Made by a program: the position numbers and the translations under genes
Source of the DNA: Ophelia neglecta
Taxonomy: Eukaryota
DNA length: 64,000 nucleotides
NCBI GenBank assembly: GCA_965285935.1
Contig: OZ260665.1
Location: 40,114,001-40,178,000 of the forward strand
Direction: 5' to 3'
Notes under the pieces: generated by a model
What the model saw: the letters and a program-made list of their open reading frames with translations, nothing else
Told to the model about the DNA's origin: nothing
Database searches by the model: none
Shown: one piece after another, positions 1 to 11,250 of the stretch
How positions within the stretch are numbered: the first letter of the stretch is position 1
Layout of the letters: each line of letters starts with the position of its first letter

Positions 1-3000
1 TTCCTACAGACGTTCAGCGAATACTCCATTAGCACATAGGCGTCTTGATGTAACAAATCCCTTGGCAGCCAATTGGCCTATCAAAGGTCACAGCCTCTTG
101 CCGGCGGCGATTTAAGAGTCCTTCCACCATTTCTGATCTTAGAAATTGTCACAAGGATGTTATCAACTCTCTTGTAATGTCCCCTGTTAGGTCGTCTGCT
201 CTGAGTCTCGTCGCTCCAACTTTTGTTATACCTGTTTAAGTGTTGCCTCTCATGAATAAAAGGACATCATATGGTTCGTTACTTAAAATGATAAAGAATG
301 GGATTAATTTCAGGTCACTTTCTTGCCTTTACTATTTCTTGTTCCCTTAGATACTGTGAGAAATTCGTTTTCTTCAACTTAATGTTGCCGTATAGAATTT
401 GCATTATTTGAGGACATTTTGTGATGATATTACGATATATAAAAATATGCAAAGCCTTACCACAATACCATGGAATATGTTGGCGTTAAGCTGGATCTTA
501 GTTTTAATGTACATGTATATAACCTCTGTAGTCTTAAGACTTTTCAAGATGGACGCCAGGACAAAGAACCGATCTTTCTGTCTAACCACTGAGAGCGTTA
601 CATTCATTTTCCTGATTGTTCCAATACCTTTTACCAATAAAATGCTGGATTGCATCACTGCTCGTGACGCAAAGTGAGTTGTGAAAAGTCATCATGCATT
701 GGTGTACCACTCGGTGCGTGCTTGGTAGAAATACACAATCTCAGAAAAAGACAGTAGATGATACCTATATTGAGCTCGAGAGCGTCAGGTAAGAGCGGGC
801 AGATACGGGCGTCGCTGGGGTGAACCCGGTCTGGACTATCACAATGAGAACGTCTTCATGACAAGAGTATGCCAATTCCCTTGAAATACAATTCGTAGGT
901 ACTTGCAATCAGATTTTCAACTTTTATTGTTGAGATCACCAAAATAGACCAACGTATAGCTTCAATGGCTTTTTTCAAACAGTCAGTTCCATATTACATA
1001 TCATATATTTGAAGTAAAGGTAAATTTTTATAACATTATATATAAGACATTGTATTATATAGGCATGAAGCCATTTTCTCCGTGATTGTTTGCCACCGCA
1101 TGATCGAAATAAGAGGTTTTACCCATTCTCTAACTATCTAATCTGACTTCCGTCTATTAAGGTACTACGTATAAAGTTTATTTGAAGCCTTATGTTCGGA
1201 AGAAAACATTGTTGGAAGCCAATGCATGTAACGAGCAGTAGCCTTCAGACATTTCATTCTTCGCAGCTCACATTATATCAATAAAATTAAAGAAATCTCC
1301 AACAAATCATCCTTTGGATGGTTCCCAGGCGGCTGAACATCATGAAAAATAGCTTTATAATTGAATTGAATTAGTTTAACTGACCTTTAACGTTAAAATG
1401 TACAGATTAATTTATATACATAATCAGGCCTCGACGCCAGCAAAGCTCCAGGCTGTGTCGCTGGCTGCCCTGGTATGTAATATTATACATATATAATACA
1501 CAATAGATCAACAGAAGGAGAAAACAAGGAAGCAAATTGAGTTCATCAGATGGAAAGGGTACATTATTCGTGCTTCTCCTGTGCATCTTGACAATTTGAC
1601 AGTGAAATATAACAAAAAATAACGCTAAAACGTCCAGCTAATACACCATTCTTTAGTTGAACAGCCAAACTTTCATTAAATTTTTGCTCTGCCACAAATA
1701 AACGTAAAGACCTAGCCTTGGAACAATCCATTTTTTTTCTGGACCTGGAGAGACGACGCTGGAGACCCACTGTATCGTGGAATGCATGCCAGTGAAGACA
1801 TCATCTCTGCCACAGCCACAAAGGACATGGCTGACATTGGTGTATTACTAAACATATAACATACATAAAGGTCACTGTTTCTTTATTATATATAACTTTT
1901 ACCCCTTTAAGATGAAGTTCCTCTAATTTCATAAGCATGTGATGCCTTTAGTGAGATACTGTGGGAGCAGGTGTTAAAGGCCTAACAGAAGTTCACAGAT
2001 ACACGTAGAGTTAACTCTGAAGTACCGAAGGAACTCTAATTCACTAGAACATTAAGAGACATGCAAGTGCTATGCTTTCACGGAAAACAAACTGGAGCGT
2101 GTGAGGAATATGATTTTGTTGACAAAAATTCTTTGTGTAATATACTTACAGTTTTAAGTTCAAATAATGATGTAGCTTGTGCAATTTTCAGTTCACCCAC
2201 AGACCCCCTGAAAATAGGATCAATACCTTAGTCAGTGGTTCTGAAGTTTTAACTTTCTACTTCATGTATTATGTTCGTAGTGGTGAGGTGAGGGGATTTT
2301 CTTTTATTGAGATGCTGCTCATGTTAGAAAATGGACCAAAAAGCGTATTTAACACACGGTTGTCCTGTATATAATACATAGGAATATTTGACAATTCTAG
2401 CAAAAATATAATGAATGCCACTCCAAAGATGAAGTGCATCTTTAAAAGATATGACAATTGTCTCTACCACCGGGTCACCAGTTCCTGAATTTCCTTGATT
2501 TTACATGCTTATTCATATACCATACTGGGTCTTTGTCACTCAGAGGATTTATTTTCATCTGTATTTGGACCAAGATTAACATAAACTTGGTAGAAGAGTT
2601 GGAATTAAAATCACCACATAAGTAAATGGTTTTGCTAATTTTCATCCTTTATTAGAAACAATGTCATATCGAGGTAAACCAGAAAATGTTAAATATCCAT
2701 ACCTGGTGATATATTTTTAAGCTAGTATAAGTCCGATAAACCAAGATTCAGAATTCAATATTATATATGTTAAATTATCTTAATAGGAGTAAGTAATACA
2801 CAGTCCCCATGTATATAATGAGCAAAATAAATATCGTCCTCATGTAACTCACATTTGTACAATCATTCCCTCCATGATCAGTGTGAACGGTAATAAAATT
2901 ATTACATCCTTTATACATTAAAGGGAGCATACACAAATACGTCCGTAGCCCTGCAACAGCTCAGAGATGTACTCAGGGGCCTCACGATTCAGGGCATTGA

Positions 3001-3902
3001 TTGTACATGCAAACTTTTTCGCGGTATTTGAATGGAAGCAGGTGTAATAATCAAGTATTTTGATAGGAGTAACCAATCTAGTAGCAGCCTTTTAAGATTA
3101 AGCTTTATGATTATATGACAGGTATCCAAACCCGTTTTTTTTACGATGAACCCGTTACTCTGGGACCTGTGCGCTTGTCCTGTCAATGTCATCTGCAGTG
3201 ATTGCAGGAATAAGCTTTTTTTCATTGTTGACCTGATTTTGAGGATATAATCTTCCCCGTTGATATATCGCCCAAGGTTTCAGGTGGGGCTAATTAGATT
3301 ACAAATACGTTGTAAATACGGTGTTTGTCCCAGGGTATAATGCATTGCGTGGCGATATTGAAATAAAGAAGCATCCATGTCCTAATTTGTTGCTTATTCC
3401 GACATCCACTTGTTCTTGCGGAACTTCATAATGCCACTAAATACCGACCTTTTATCCTTGATTCCTTGGTTGTGTTTTGCTTTACAACCGACATCTGTAG
3501 GGAAAGTATGTGATAATTCTGGCTGTATCGCACTCATAACTAACTTCACGGACATTTTTTCCAACTCGGTTTACAATGGACAAAAATGACACGGCTTCTC
3601 GTTTCTTTGTTAACACAACTACTTATTGACTTCTAGTAAATATCTATTATGCTACTACTAAACTTATGTACTAAACGAAGCCCCACCACAGGCGACCAGT
3701 GACTTAAAGCTAAAAATACCGCTGTTGTTATGCCAGTATTGCTCTCATATGCTTTGCGTTGCCATTAATATTGCTAATATCATCCCCAATCCGATAATTC
3801 CCGGCAGTGTCTATATTTCATCCAAGGGGCTTATGTATATTGGAAGTGCAGACATTTCATCTTAACATAGGTTCAGGTAATAAGGTTCTTTATTATCTTC
3901 AG

Positions 3903-4073
3903 ATTCTGGAAGACTGGCGGTATATTGCCTTGGTCATAGACCGGCTGCTGTTATACATCTTCCTGGCCGTGACGATAGCTGGCACTGTCGGCATTCTTAT
4001 CAATGCACCGCACATCTTCGAGTTTGTTGACCAGCAAAAAATTATGGATAATCTAGGTCCAAAGGGTGTATAG
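3903..4073 (+). CDS. nAChR non-alpha (beta1-like) subunit, gene A: terminal TM4/C-terminal exon, copy a (upstream exons outside window)
   Basis: Acceptor ttctttattatcttcAG (3901-3902), phase 0. Reads ILEDWRYIALVIDRLLLYIFLAVTIAGTVGILINAPHIFEFVDQQKIMDNLGPKGV*. EDW..A.VIDRL is the nAChR MA-TM4 motif, and G.L..APHIFE.VDQ matches the C-terminus of the Drosophila beta1 (ARD) group. Confidence 0.9.
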   Translation: MLEDWRYIALVIDRLLLYIFLAVTIAGTVGILINAPHIFEFVDQQKIMDNLGPKGV

Positions 4074-4707
4074 GTCGTTTGTAAATGAACAACTTCCCTT
4101 ACAAAAGTACCATGGAAGTTGAACCTACTACACTGGCTTTAAATAACAAGCCGCTTAATCAACTAGTCATAATGGGCTGAATGAGCGGGTCAAAGGTTGA
4201 AAAGAAATCTAACACCGATAGTAAAGATTGCTTCTATAGTTATTGTGATGTTTTGTTTTAAGTGAAATCATCATGTTTGAATGTCGACAATGTTCTTCAA
4301 AAGTTGGGTCAATGCAGAAGATTATACTTACTGGGACAACGTTAGACCAATGGTTTTCTTTTGAAATGGACTCGGATGACTGATGTTTCTTAGAATGTTT
4401 GAATGTGCAAGCGAATATTTGAGCTCATTTCACTGCGATATTCTATCGTGACTTCAATATATCCGTCGTTGACATATGTCATTTTTATCACGAAGTTGCG
4501 TAGCCATGTCTATGTGCCTTACCTTGAGGTTTTCAAGCATTGGACCCACAAAAGCCTGGTACTATGGGACTAATGCAAATATTTTTTCACCAGTCATCGC
4601 ATTCTTTGACATTGATTCAATTTTGAACGGAGGACGCTGGACCATCATTTGCCCTCATAAATTGACCATGTTCTACCATGTTTGCAACGAGGTGTGGAAT
4701 TACAATT

Positions 4708-4772
4708 AATAAATGATTAAAGTTACTTAAATAAATCTTAATATCATTGATAGGAAAATGCTGTTTGTGTTT
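4708..4772 (+). terminator. Polyadenylation signal cluster for terminal exon a
   Basis: AATAAA 4708-4713, ATTAAA 4716-4721 and AATAAA 4730-4735, followed by GU-rich TGCTGTTTGTGTTT 4759-4772, about 640 nt after the stop codon. Confidence 0.6.
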
Positions 4773-5048
4773 ATCATTATTTGGAAAATATTTAGTGAAT
4801 GTGCCCTGCGTTCATAATGCCTTATCAATACATGGTCGACGGTATTCCTTGACGTGAGTCAGACCAGAGAAGAAAGAAACCAATTGTCAACGTAGGACGA
4901 AGAGGAATTATACCCTATGAGAGCTACCATTTACTGAACTCACGTTAGACTCTCCCAGGCCATATTTCATCATCGTGTCAGACTCCTCGGCCTTTACCTT
5001 GTTTATTTGTTTGTTCCTGATGGATTGGGACCATTTTGAAGTAAAGTT

Positions 5049-5086
5049 CTAGATTAACGATTTTCTTTTGTCTGCCGGGTAGCCAC
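5049..5086 (-). repeat. Dispersed short repeat, core GTGGATACCCGGCAGAC (probable transposon-end remnant)
   Basis: Related copies at 5785-5800, 25523-25539, 33472-33486, 33715-33750 and 49535-49544 (all +). This copy aligns with 33715-33750 over about 36 nt. Confidence 0.55.
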
Positions 5087-6472
5087 CCCGCGTGTCTTTC
5101 GATCTTTCGGAAAGCGCAACTACTTAATAATGGATTTTCTCTCGATAAACACATGGATAAAACATGAACAAAAAGTTCCTATATGCATGCTTAGGGGAAA
5201 TTGGCTTTAAAATTATTGTTACTGAACACATTCACCTGAAACATTCAATGTTATATCAGACTGGGGCAGACCCACATGTGGAACTGTTCACTCAAGAACA
5301 TTGTAATCATTTACTGAAAATATGTGAAAACAATAGAACCTGAATACTATCAGTCGAAAAGGTCCACTATTGTGAATTGCATCTACTCTATATAGTAACC
5401 TGAACATGAACTTTCTAAAAGAGAGCCATTGATTGTGTTGTGATCTTCCTCCCGTCCGGTAGTATCTGTAATAGAACTCAAAGCATATGCTATGCTTACT
5501 GGTGGACAATTTATTTGTATACTACATGAATTTCCGTCTAAGCCTGCAGACCTCATAATCCGTGGTCGGCCATTTGAACACCAGGGTTAAGTGTTCCGGT
5601 TATAATGAAACGTAAAAGCACACTTTCCAACAAATTAACCACAACTCTTGACATTTATATCCCATATAATGGAAAATAGGAATATTTCTATGAATGCAAG
5701 AAATGAAAAGTTTACTACTGGAAACTCAAAATGTTCTCTTTAGTTATAACTACATTTTTGTCTTTATTAGTCTCTTAAAAAGAAGTGGATACCCGGCAGA
5801 TAACGTCCTTACTTGTTAATCAAATTGGCCAGAAATCATGAACCGACAGTTGCAGGGCGACCAAGAGCAACCCCCAATTCCCTTACTTTAAATAAGTAAT
5901 AACATAAAATAACATCAACGAAACTGCTGGAAATTTCGGCGATATTTTTAGTTTCTAAAATAAAATAAATAGTAGTTACATCACTATAATTTCTGAATTA
6001 TTTGTTGTTGTACGAATTGTAAAACAATAATATTGATGCCAGAGTGTGAAAGCTAATAGTCTGGCTATGTGCATTCCCATATTTCCCATTTTCGGCAACT
6101 CACATGGTCATATTCGCAGGAGAATTCTGTACAAATCCAGGAAAAAAAATAGTCAGCTCAGTTGGATTCTTTGCAATGTGCTTGCCACTCATGTCGCTCC
6201 CCCATCTCGAAAGTAGGTCAGTTAATTCGGTACTACAACCTATGTGAAAGCCTTCACGTTCATTGTGTGAAAAGAAAGACTTCATATTACTAACATTTAT
6301 TTATCGTCATCCTGTTTTTTGTAGTAGATAAGATTTTTAGCTGTCAGAATGAAGAATTGAAGTATTTAGGCAGAAACAAATTGGTTCTATTTTGGATTCA
6401 AATCATCAACACGTGGTAACCGGTCTTTATGATTTTTGAATTTGACATATGGTTAGCTCCTGGGTTACAGAA

Positions 6473-6630
6473 GCAGCTGTTTACAGGTAGTCGGAGCTTT
6501 CGCTTTCTAGTCGACAGGTGAGCCCGGGGTCCCCGTTCTGGCGCGGCACTACGTGGCCCTCTGAGTAATAACCTTAATCTCGTTTTTCCCCGCCTCCCAG
6601 GAGACTAGTTGGTGCCCGACGAATGGGAAA
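6473..6630 (+). mobile_element. Decayed tRNA-derived SINE-like remnant
   Basis: GC-rich patch. GCGGCACTACGTGGCCCTCTGAGTAATAACCTTAATCTC...CTCCCAGGAGACTAGTTGGTGCCCGACGAA loosely resembles the conserved central domain of metazoan SINEs. A/B boxes are poorly preserved. Confidence 0.35.
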
Positions 6631-8286
6631 GCTATTGTTGAAGGAAATAAAGTTATCAGCGCCAAGGCAAATGTAGCAATGCTTTGTTCACTGCTGTCCA
6701 ATATTTTATAGGTAATAGCGTAGTTATAGGGAGAGAATTTGGCGGATATCTTTGTTATCCGAGTTATCTTTCCGGAAAAGGCTACCAGTGAGGCTGAAAA
6801 ATAATGTTTATAAGTGTTCCATGCATCGCTTTCTAACCACGACAACTAAATATAGTTGATGATTTATATTTGTGATGCCTAACGCATGCATATATTGAAC
6901 GAAAGTTTTTAACGTTACTCGTCACGGACACATATATTCTTATGAATTTAACTATATCTTGAAGTAGTACCTACCTGCTGGCTGGACATATAACTATAAG
7001 ACAATGACAAAGATACAGTTATTATCATATGAAAATTATCCTGAAGTAGGTTAAATGGTTCGTTTCTTGTTCTTTGTAATTTATTTTAACTATTACTTAT
7101 TGTTTTGTTCCTGTAATAGCCAATCAACATTTCCACTTCATGGCATAAGGTGCCATACAGTTCGCCATTAGAGTCCATGAAGAGCCGACACCACATATTT
7201 TGAAAGGTCAAGACATCGATAAAAGTAGCCAGTAGATGGAAATAGTTGACTTTCAGCTGGAATCAAGCATTTACTTCCTATGACAAAATACAGATAAATA
7301 AGATTTATGATGTTTTAATTTGTTGCTGGTCGCAGCCTTCCAATAGGTCTTGAGAGAGGCTTTGGCCCAATTGTGTCATGGGGTGTTTTATAACCTTCAG
7401 CATCGAGTTTTATGTACAATGGTCACAGAGAGATTGCGATTGGTCAAAATTCTAGAAGTACCTGACAGCTTGCTCGTATCGGATGTTGCTCATATAATGT
7501 ATACATTATCTAAGTAAATAGGGTTAATACCTAGCATGTAGCTCACACCATACTCCTGGGCACGTTGTTAGAAGCTAATAAATGGACGTAAATGGGGTTT
7601 AACATTAGAAGAGAACACCTACCAATAACCTGTGCTCTGTTTGATACAAAAAGTACCAGAATACAAAGATAAGTTGAATAAAGTCCCGGCAACCTTAAAC
7701 ACATTTGAACAAATAGCTGCTCTCCAACTCAGTTCTCTTTCTTTTCCTTTTTTGCGGAAGTGACTTACATCTTTCCCACATTCCAAGTTCTTAGAAAGTT
7801 TTGTACTGCTAAGGTCGGTCCTTTACAGCCCTCATCCCACCCCATCCCCTCCCTCCTTCTTTCAACTCATTATTTGTCTTTCGTCTTATATATATGCCTA
7901 TGCTAGTTGTCGTTCGAATACAAACTAGTGTTTCCTCGTTTGAGTCGTTTTAATAGTTCATTTCGGAATTAAGGAGGCTGGATGAGCTGGTTATATTGCT
8001 TTTTTCACCAGTTTGCGAACAGATCTGCACAGAGAGTGGTATAAATGTATTTTGCATATACAGAATGTTATTGATTGCATCAATTTGTGTTGAGACTCCC
8101 ACATCCTGTCCAATCCCCCCCCCCCCTCCCCCGTTAACAAAGTAAGACATTGAACGAACAAGAAACAGTATAAGTTACGTTTTCTGAAATTCTAGTTTGT
8201 TTATATTTATGAATTATTTTTGGAAATAAATACCATTGACTTAATGTATTAACAAATTAAACATGAATGTTTTTTATCATTTTCAG

Positions 8287-8478
8287 ATCCTGGAAGACTG
8301 GCGGTATATTGCCATGGTAATAGACCGGCTCATGTTATACCTCTTCCTTGCCGTGACGATAGGTGGCACTGTTGGCATTTTAATTAATGCCCCTCATATC
8401 TTCGAGTTTGTTGACCAGGACCGGGTCATTGAAAATCTTCAGGGCACCACCGATGGCGTCCTGAAATCCGATATTTGA
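8287..8478 (+). CDS. nAChR non-alpha (beta1-like) subunit, gene A: terminal TM4/C-terminal exon, copy b
   Basis: Acceptor gttttttatcattttcAG (8285-8286), phase 0. Reads ILEDWRYIAMVIDRLMLYLFLAVTIGGTVGILINAPHIFEFVDQDRVIENLQGTTDGVLKSDI*. Identical to copy a at 40 of the first 44 residues; VDQDR.IE is the beta1-type tail. Confidence 0.92.
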   Translation: MLEDWRYIAMVIDRLMLYLFLAVTIGGTVGILINAPHIFEFVDQDRVIENLQGTTDGVLKSDI

Positions 8479-8493
8479 TTTTAATCTTATCAT

Positions 8494-8646
8494 AAGCCCG
8501 TGAGCACCTGCCTCCTTGTAACGATTGGAACTATTTCAATGGTGCGGGTTCAGGTTGTGTTTAGTTACTTTTAAGAGCTTTGGCATCGGTGAGAAAGCAA
8601 ACCATCAACCCGCACTTTCGTTTTGTAGGTGAGTGCTCACGAGCTT
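8494..8646 (+). other. Long imperfect RNA stem-loop at the start of the 3' UTR of terminal exon b
   Basis: Nested arms: 8494-8507 with 8633-8646 (13/14 bp), 8520-8524 with 8618-8622 (5 bp), 8541-8550 with 8607-8616 (10 bp). Confidence 0.65.
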
Positions 8647-11199
8647 TTTCAGGCGTCTTCTGGGGCATTCTGAGGCTATTTTGGTACAACCAAATTAAGT
8701 TTGTTAACAGGCCAAGTGCCAGCTAATATGCAATGTATTGACATGACCAATGCCAGAAAAATTATAATGCCAAATGGTTCTACCCTACTGCAGTGTGGCT
8801 TTACTGGATCTTTCTCCTAACACCCTTCGAACCTGGTGTGATTTCCTGCGAATAACTTTCTTCTCATAACGTCTGGGTTTCCGTGCGTCCAATGTGGGAC
8901 AACACCGGCTGCTATTTTCCTCTTGATTGATAATTACAGCACATGTGGATATTTGTGTGCTGAAAAGGCGTAATTCACGCCGGACATACGGTTGGATGTC
9001 ACGTGTGGTGTTGACGACATCTCATTGGTTGGTCAAAAAGCAATAACTCATGATAACTTTGACCTAATTACACAATGACACCGCCGCGTCATTTCATCCG
9101 TACTACTGTGTTCGCACGGGTATACATTTACCTGTACACTGTTCATACTAACACTGACTCTTTATACACCCTGTATCTTAAAGCATAGCGTTCACGGAGC
9201 AAAGCTTATCATCACCGATAGTGACAGTGCAGTTCTGATGCATGTGATTTTATTTTCTCTGTCATGGTTCAAAGTGCTTGGGAACCGTTATAACAATCAA
9301 TTATAATCTAATGCAGTATTCCTAAAATTAACGGCGCGCTTTTCCATTTTGAGGGCAACTGCGTGATAAAAAATTGACGAACTGTATCTGGTCCATGCAC
9401 TTGCTTGTAGCTTTTTTATCAAAAAAAAATAATTATAAAATGAAAAATCTATTCTTTTTTTTTCGATTTGAAACTCGTTTTTCTATTTGCAAAGGCATTT
9501 TCAACTAGTCTGTTTATACCACTAGTGCCTGAACGGAGACTTGTTCTCTCAATGAGGCTTCGCTGAATTTCTTCCGCCGTTTAATTGATTTTGTTGTTGT
9601 TGTGTATTGGATGTTCAGATAAACAAATTGTAGGAATATTATTCTGTGTCGATATGGCACATATGCTGTGTTTAAATCACCAAGAAGGTATGTGAAAATA
9701 ACATACCCAACTTTCTTCTTATAAAAGTCCTTCTTTATTTCCTTAGCTTTGCTTTGCGCCAGCTTTTCAAGCACAAAGTTATTTAATCAACAACTTTTCG
9801 CTTTCTTTGATAACTTTCATGACCAGATGATTTCTGAAACTCCTGTCTATAGTCATATCACCTTGCTTTCCTTTACTTCGGCTTGCCATTTGCTTCAAAT
9901 CATTTCTAAATTTCCTGTTCTACTAGACTAGCCCTTATCAACCTTCCCTGAAATACCATTTAACCATTTGGCTTCACAAATCAATTTAGTAAATAAACTA
10001 AGTTCATCTAGATGGCTGGTTGACATGAAATAATCGGCATTTGTGCTGGTCACCAACATACCATTTACTATTAAACAAACTTAATTCCTGAAAGGGTGAA
10101 TGTAACAGTGGTCTAACATGAGAGGCAAAAAAAGCAAATTCAGCCAAAATGACTCTAACCCTAAACAAGTTGTATTTCTTTCTTGGTCGTAAGTTGGATA
10201 TAACTCAATCAGAAGATAAAGCTAATTATTTCTCAAACTTAGAAATAAAATGTCAAAGGTTTTACCTTAGCAGGTCATGGAATATTTGGTAGCTTTTGTG
10301 TCAAAAAAAGTTGCTCCCAGCGAGTTTAAACATAAGTTACTTTAGTGCTTTAACACGAGTTGCAATTATCTGTTCAAGCAACTTGAAAAAATACCAATTA
10401 CCATCTTATTTTCTAAAACTATTTAGTTAGGCCATTGTTGCATTCGACCCTCAATAGAAACTCGTAGTCAAAGTAATCAGGTGCATTCTTTGCGGCACAT
10501 TTACCTATCTAAGGTTAGCGACGTAATCACACGTAAAAGGCATTTAGGCATAAGTGTAGTTTTGTTTGACAACCTTGAATATAGGATATTATTATGAATA
10601 CACTATTGTATATAATGCTACAACAATGTATATTTGAATTTGGGATGGGTCATATAATGTACAGCACATATTAGGTTTTTGTCCATCAAACGACTCGTCA
10701 TTTGTATATTATAACACTGTGTATTTTGATGTTTTCAAGGCAATGGGTTTAAGGTATAATCAGACTGCTAAAAACTGCTATCTCACATGTTCTGAATTTG
10801 TTTTACATGTAACATAGATATAATTTGAATTTTCTATTATCGGGCATAGTGAGAGCAAAACATAGGTTTTAATTTTCGTTTTGATGTGATATGTTTGTCT
10901 CGTGTAGGCTTAAAACAAGTCATAGATTTGCATCATATAGATATAAATTTTTGACGAATGCACACTATAAATGTTTTGCATCGAATATTTTACTCAAAAA
11001 TCATATCGTAATTATTGACTTGGTGGACAAACTGGTGCCTCAAATTTATGTGCAGCAACTTGAGCGGGGTGAATGTATTGGAAAGGGATAGTTGACCGCA
11101 GTCGATGTACATATATTACAGTGTTATAAGTGTACCCGACTATGGTTGGGCGATGCTACATGGAATTAACATTGACTGGATTAATTCGTATCGAAATCA

Positions 11200-11250
11200 A
11201 TTAAAGGTAAACCATGTTTTGGTTCTGTGTATAGTTTTCTGTTTTTTGTC
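11200..11250 (+). terminator. Candidate distal poly(A) site for terminal exon b (alternatives near 11650 and 11872)
   Basis: ATTAAA 11200-11205 followed by a GU/U-rich run (TGTTTTGGTTCTGTGT...GTTTTTTGT). AATAAA at 11872-11877 also has a GU-rich downstream element. AT-rich background makes chance hits likely. Confidence 0.35.

Noticed and set aside
740-870. Possible cytoplasmic-loop exon of gene A (donor-like CAG|GTAAGA; DYHNENVFMTR)
   Set aside because: No credible acceptor, a stop just upstream in that frame, and no following FIAEHL-type exon before 3903.
8467-8478. C-terminal -SDI of exon b as a class I PDZ ligand
   Set aside because: The nAChR C-terminus is extracellular, so it cannot reach cytoplasmic PDZ proteins.
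3903-8478. The TM4 exons as the missing 3' end of alpha gene B, or as a haplotype assembly duplicate
   Set aside because: They lie upstream of gene B and carry beta1-type motifs. Their flanks are unrelated and their differences are mostly synonymous, which does not fit an allelic duplicate.
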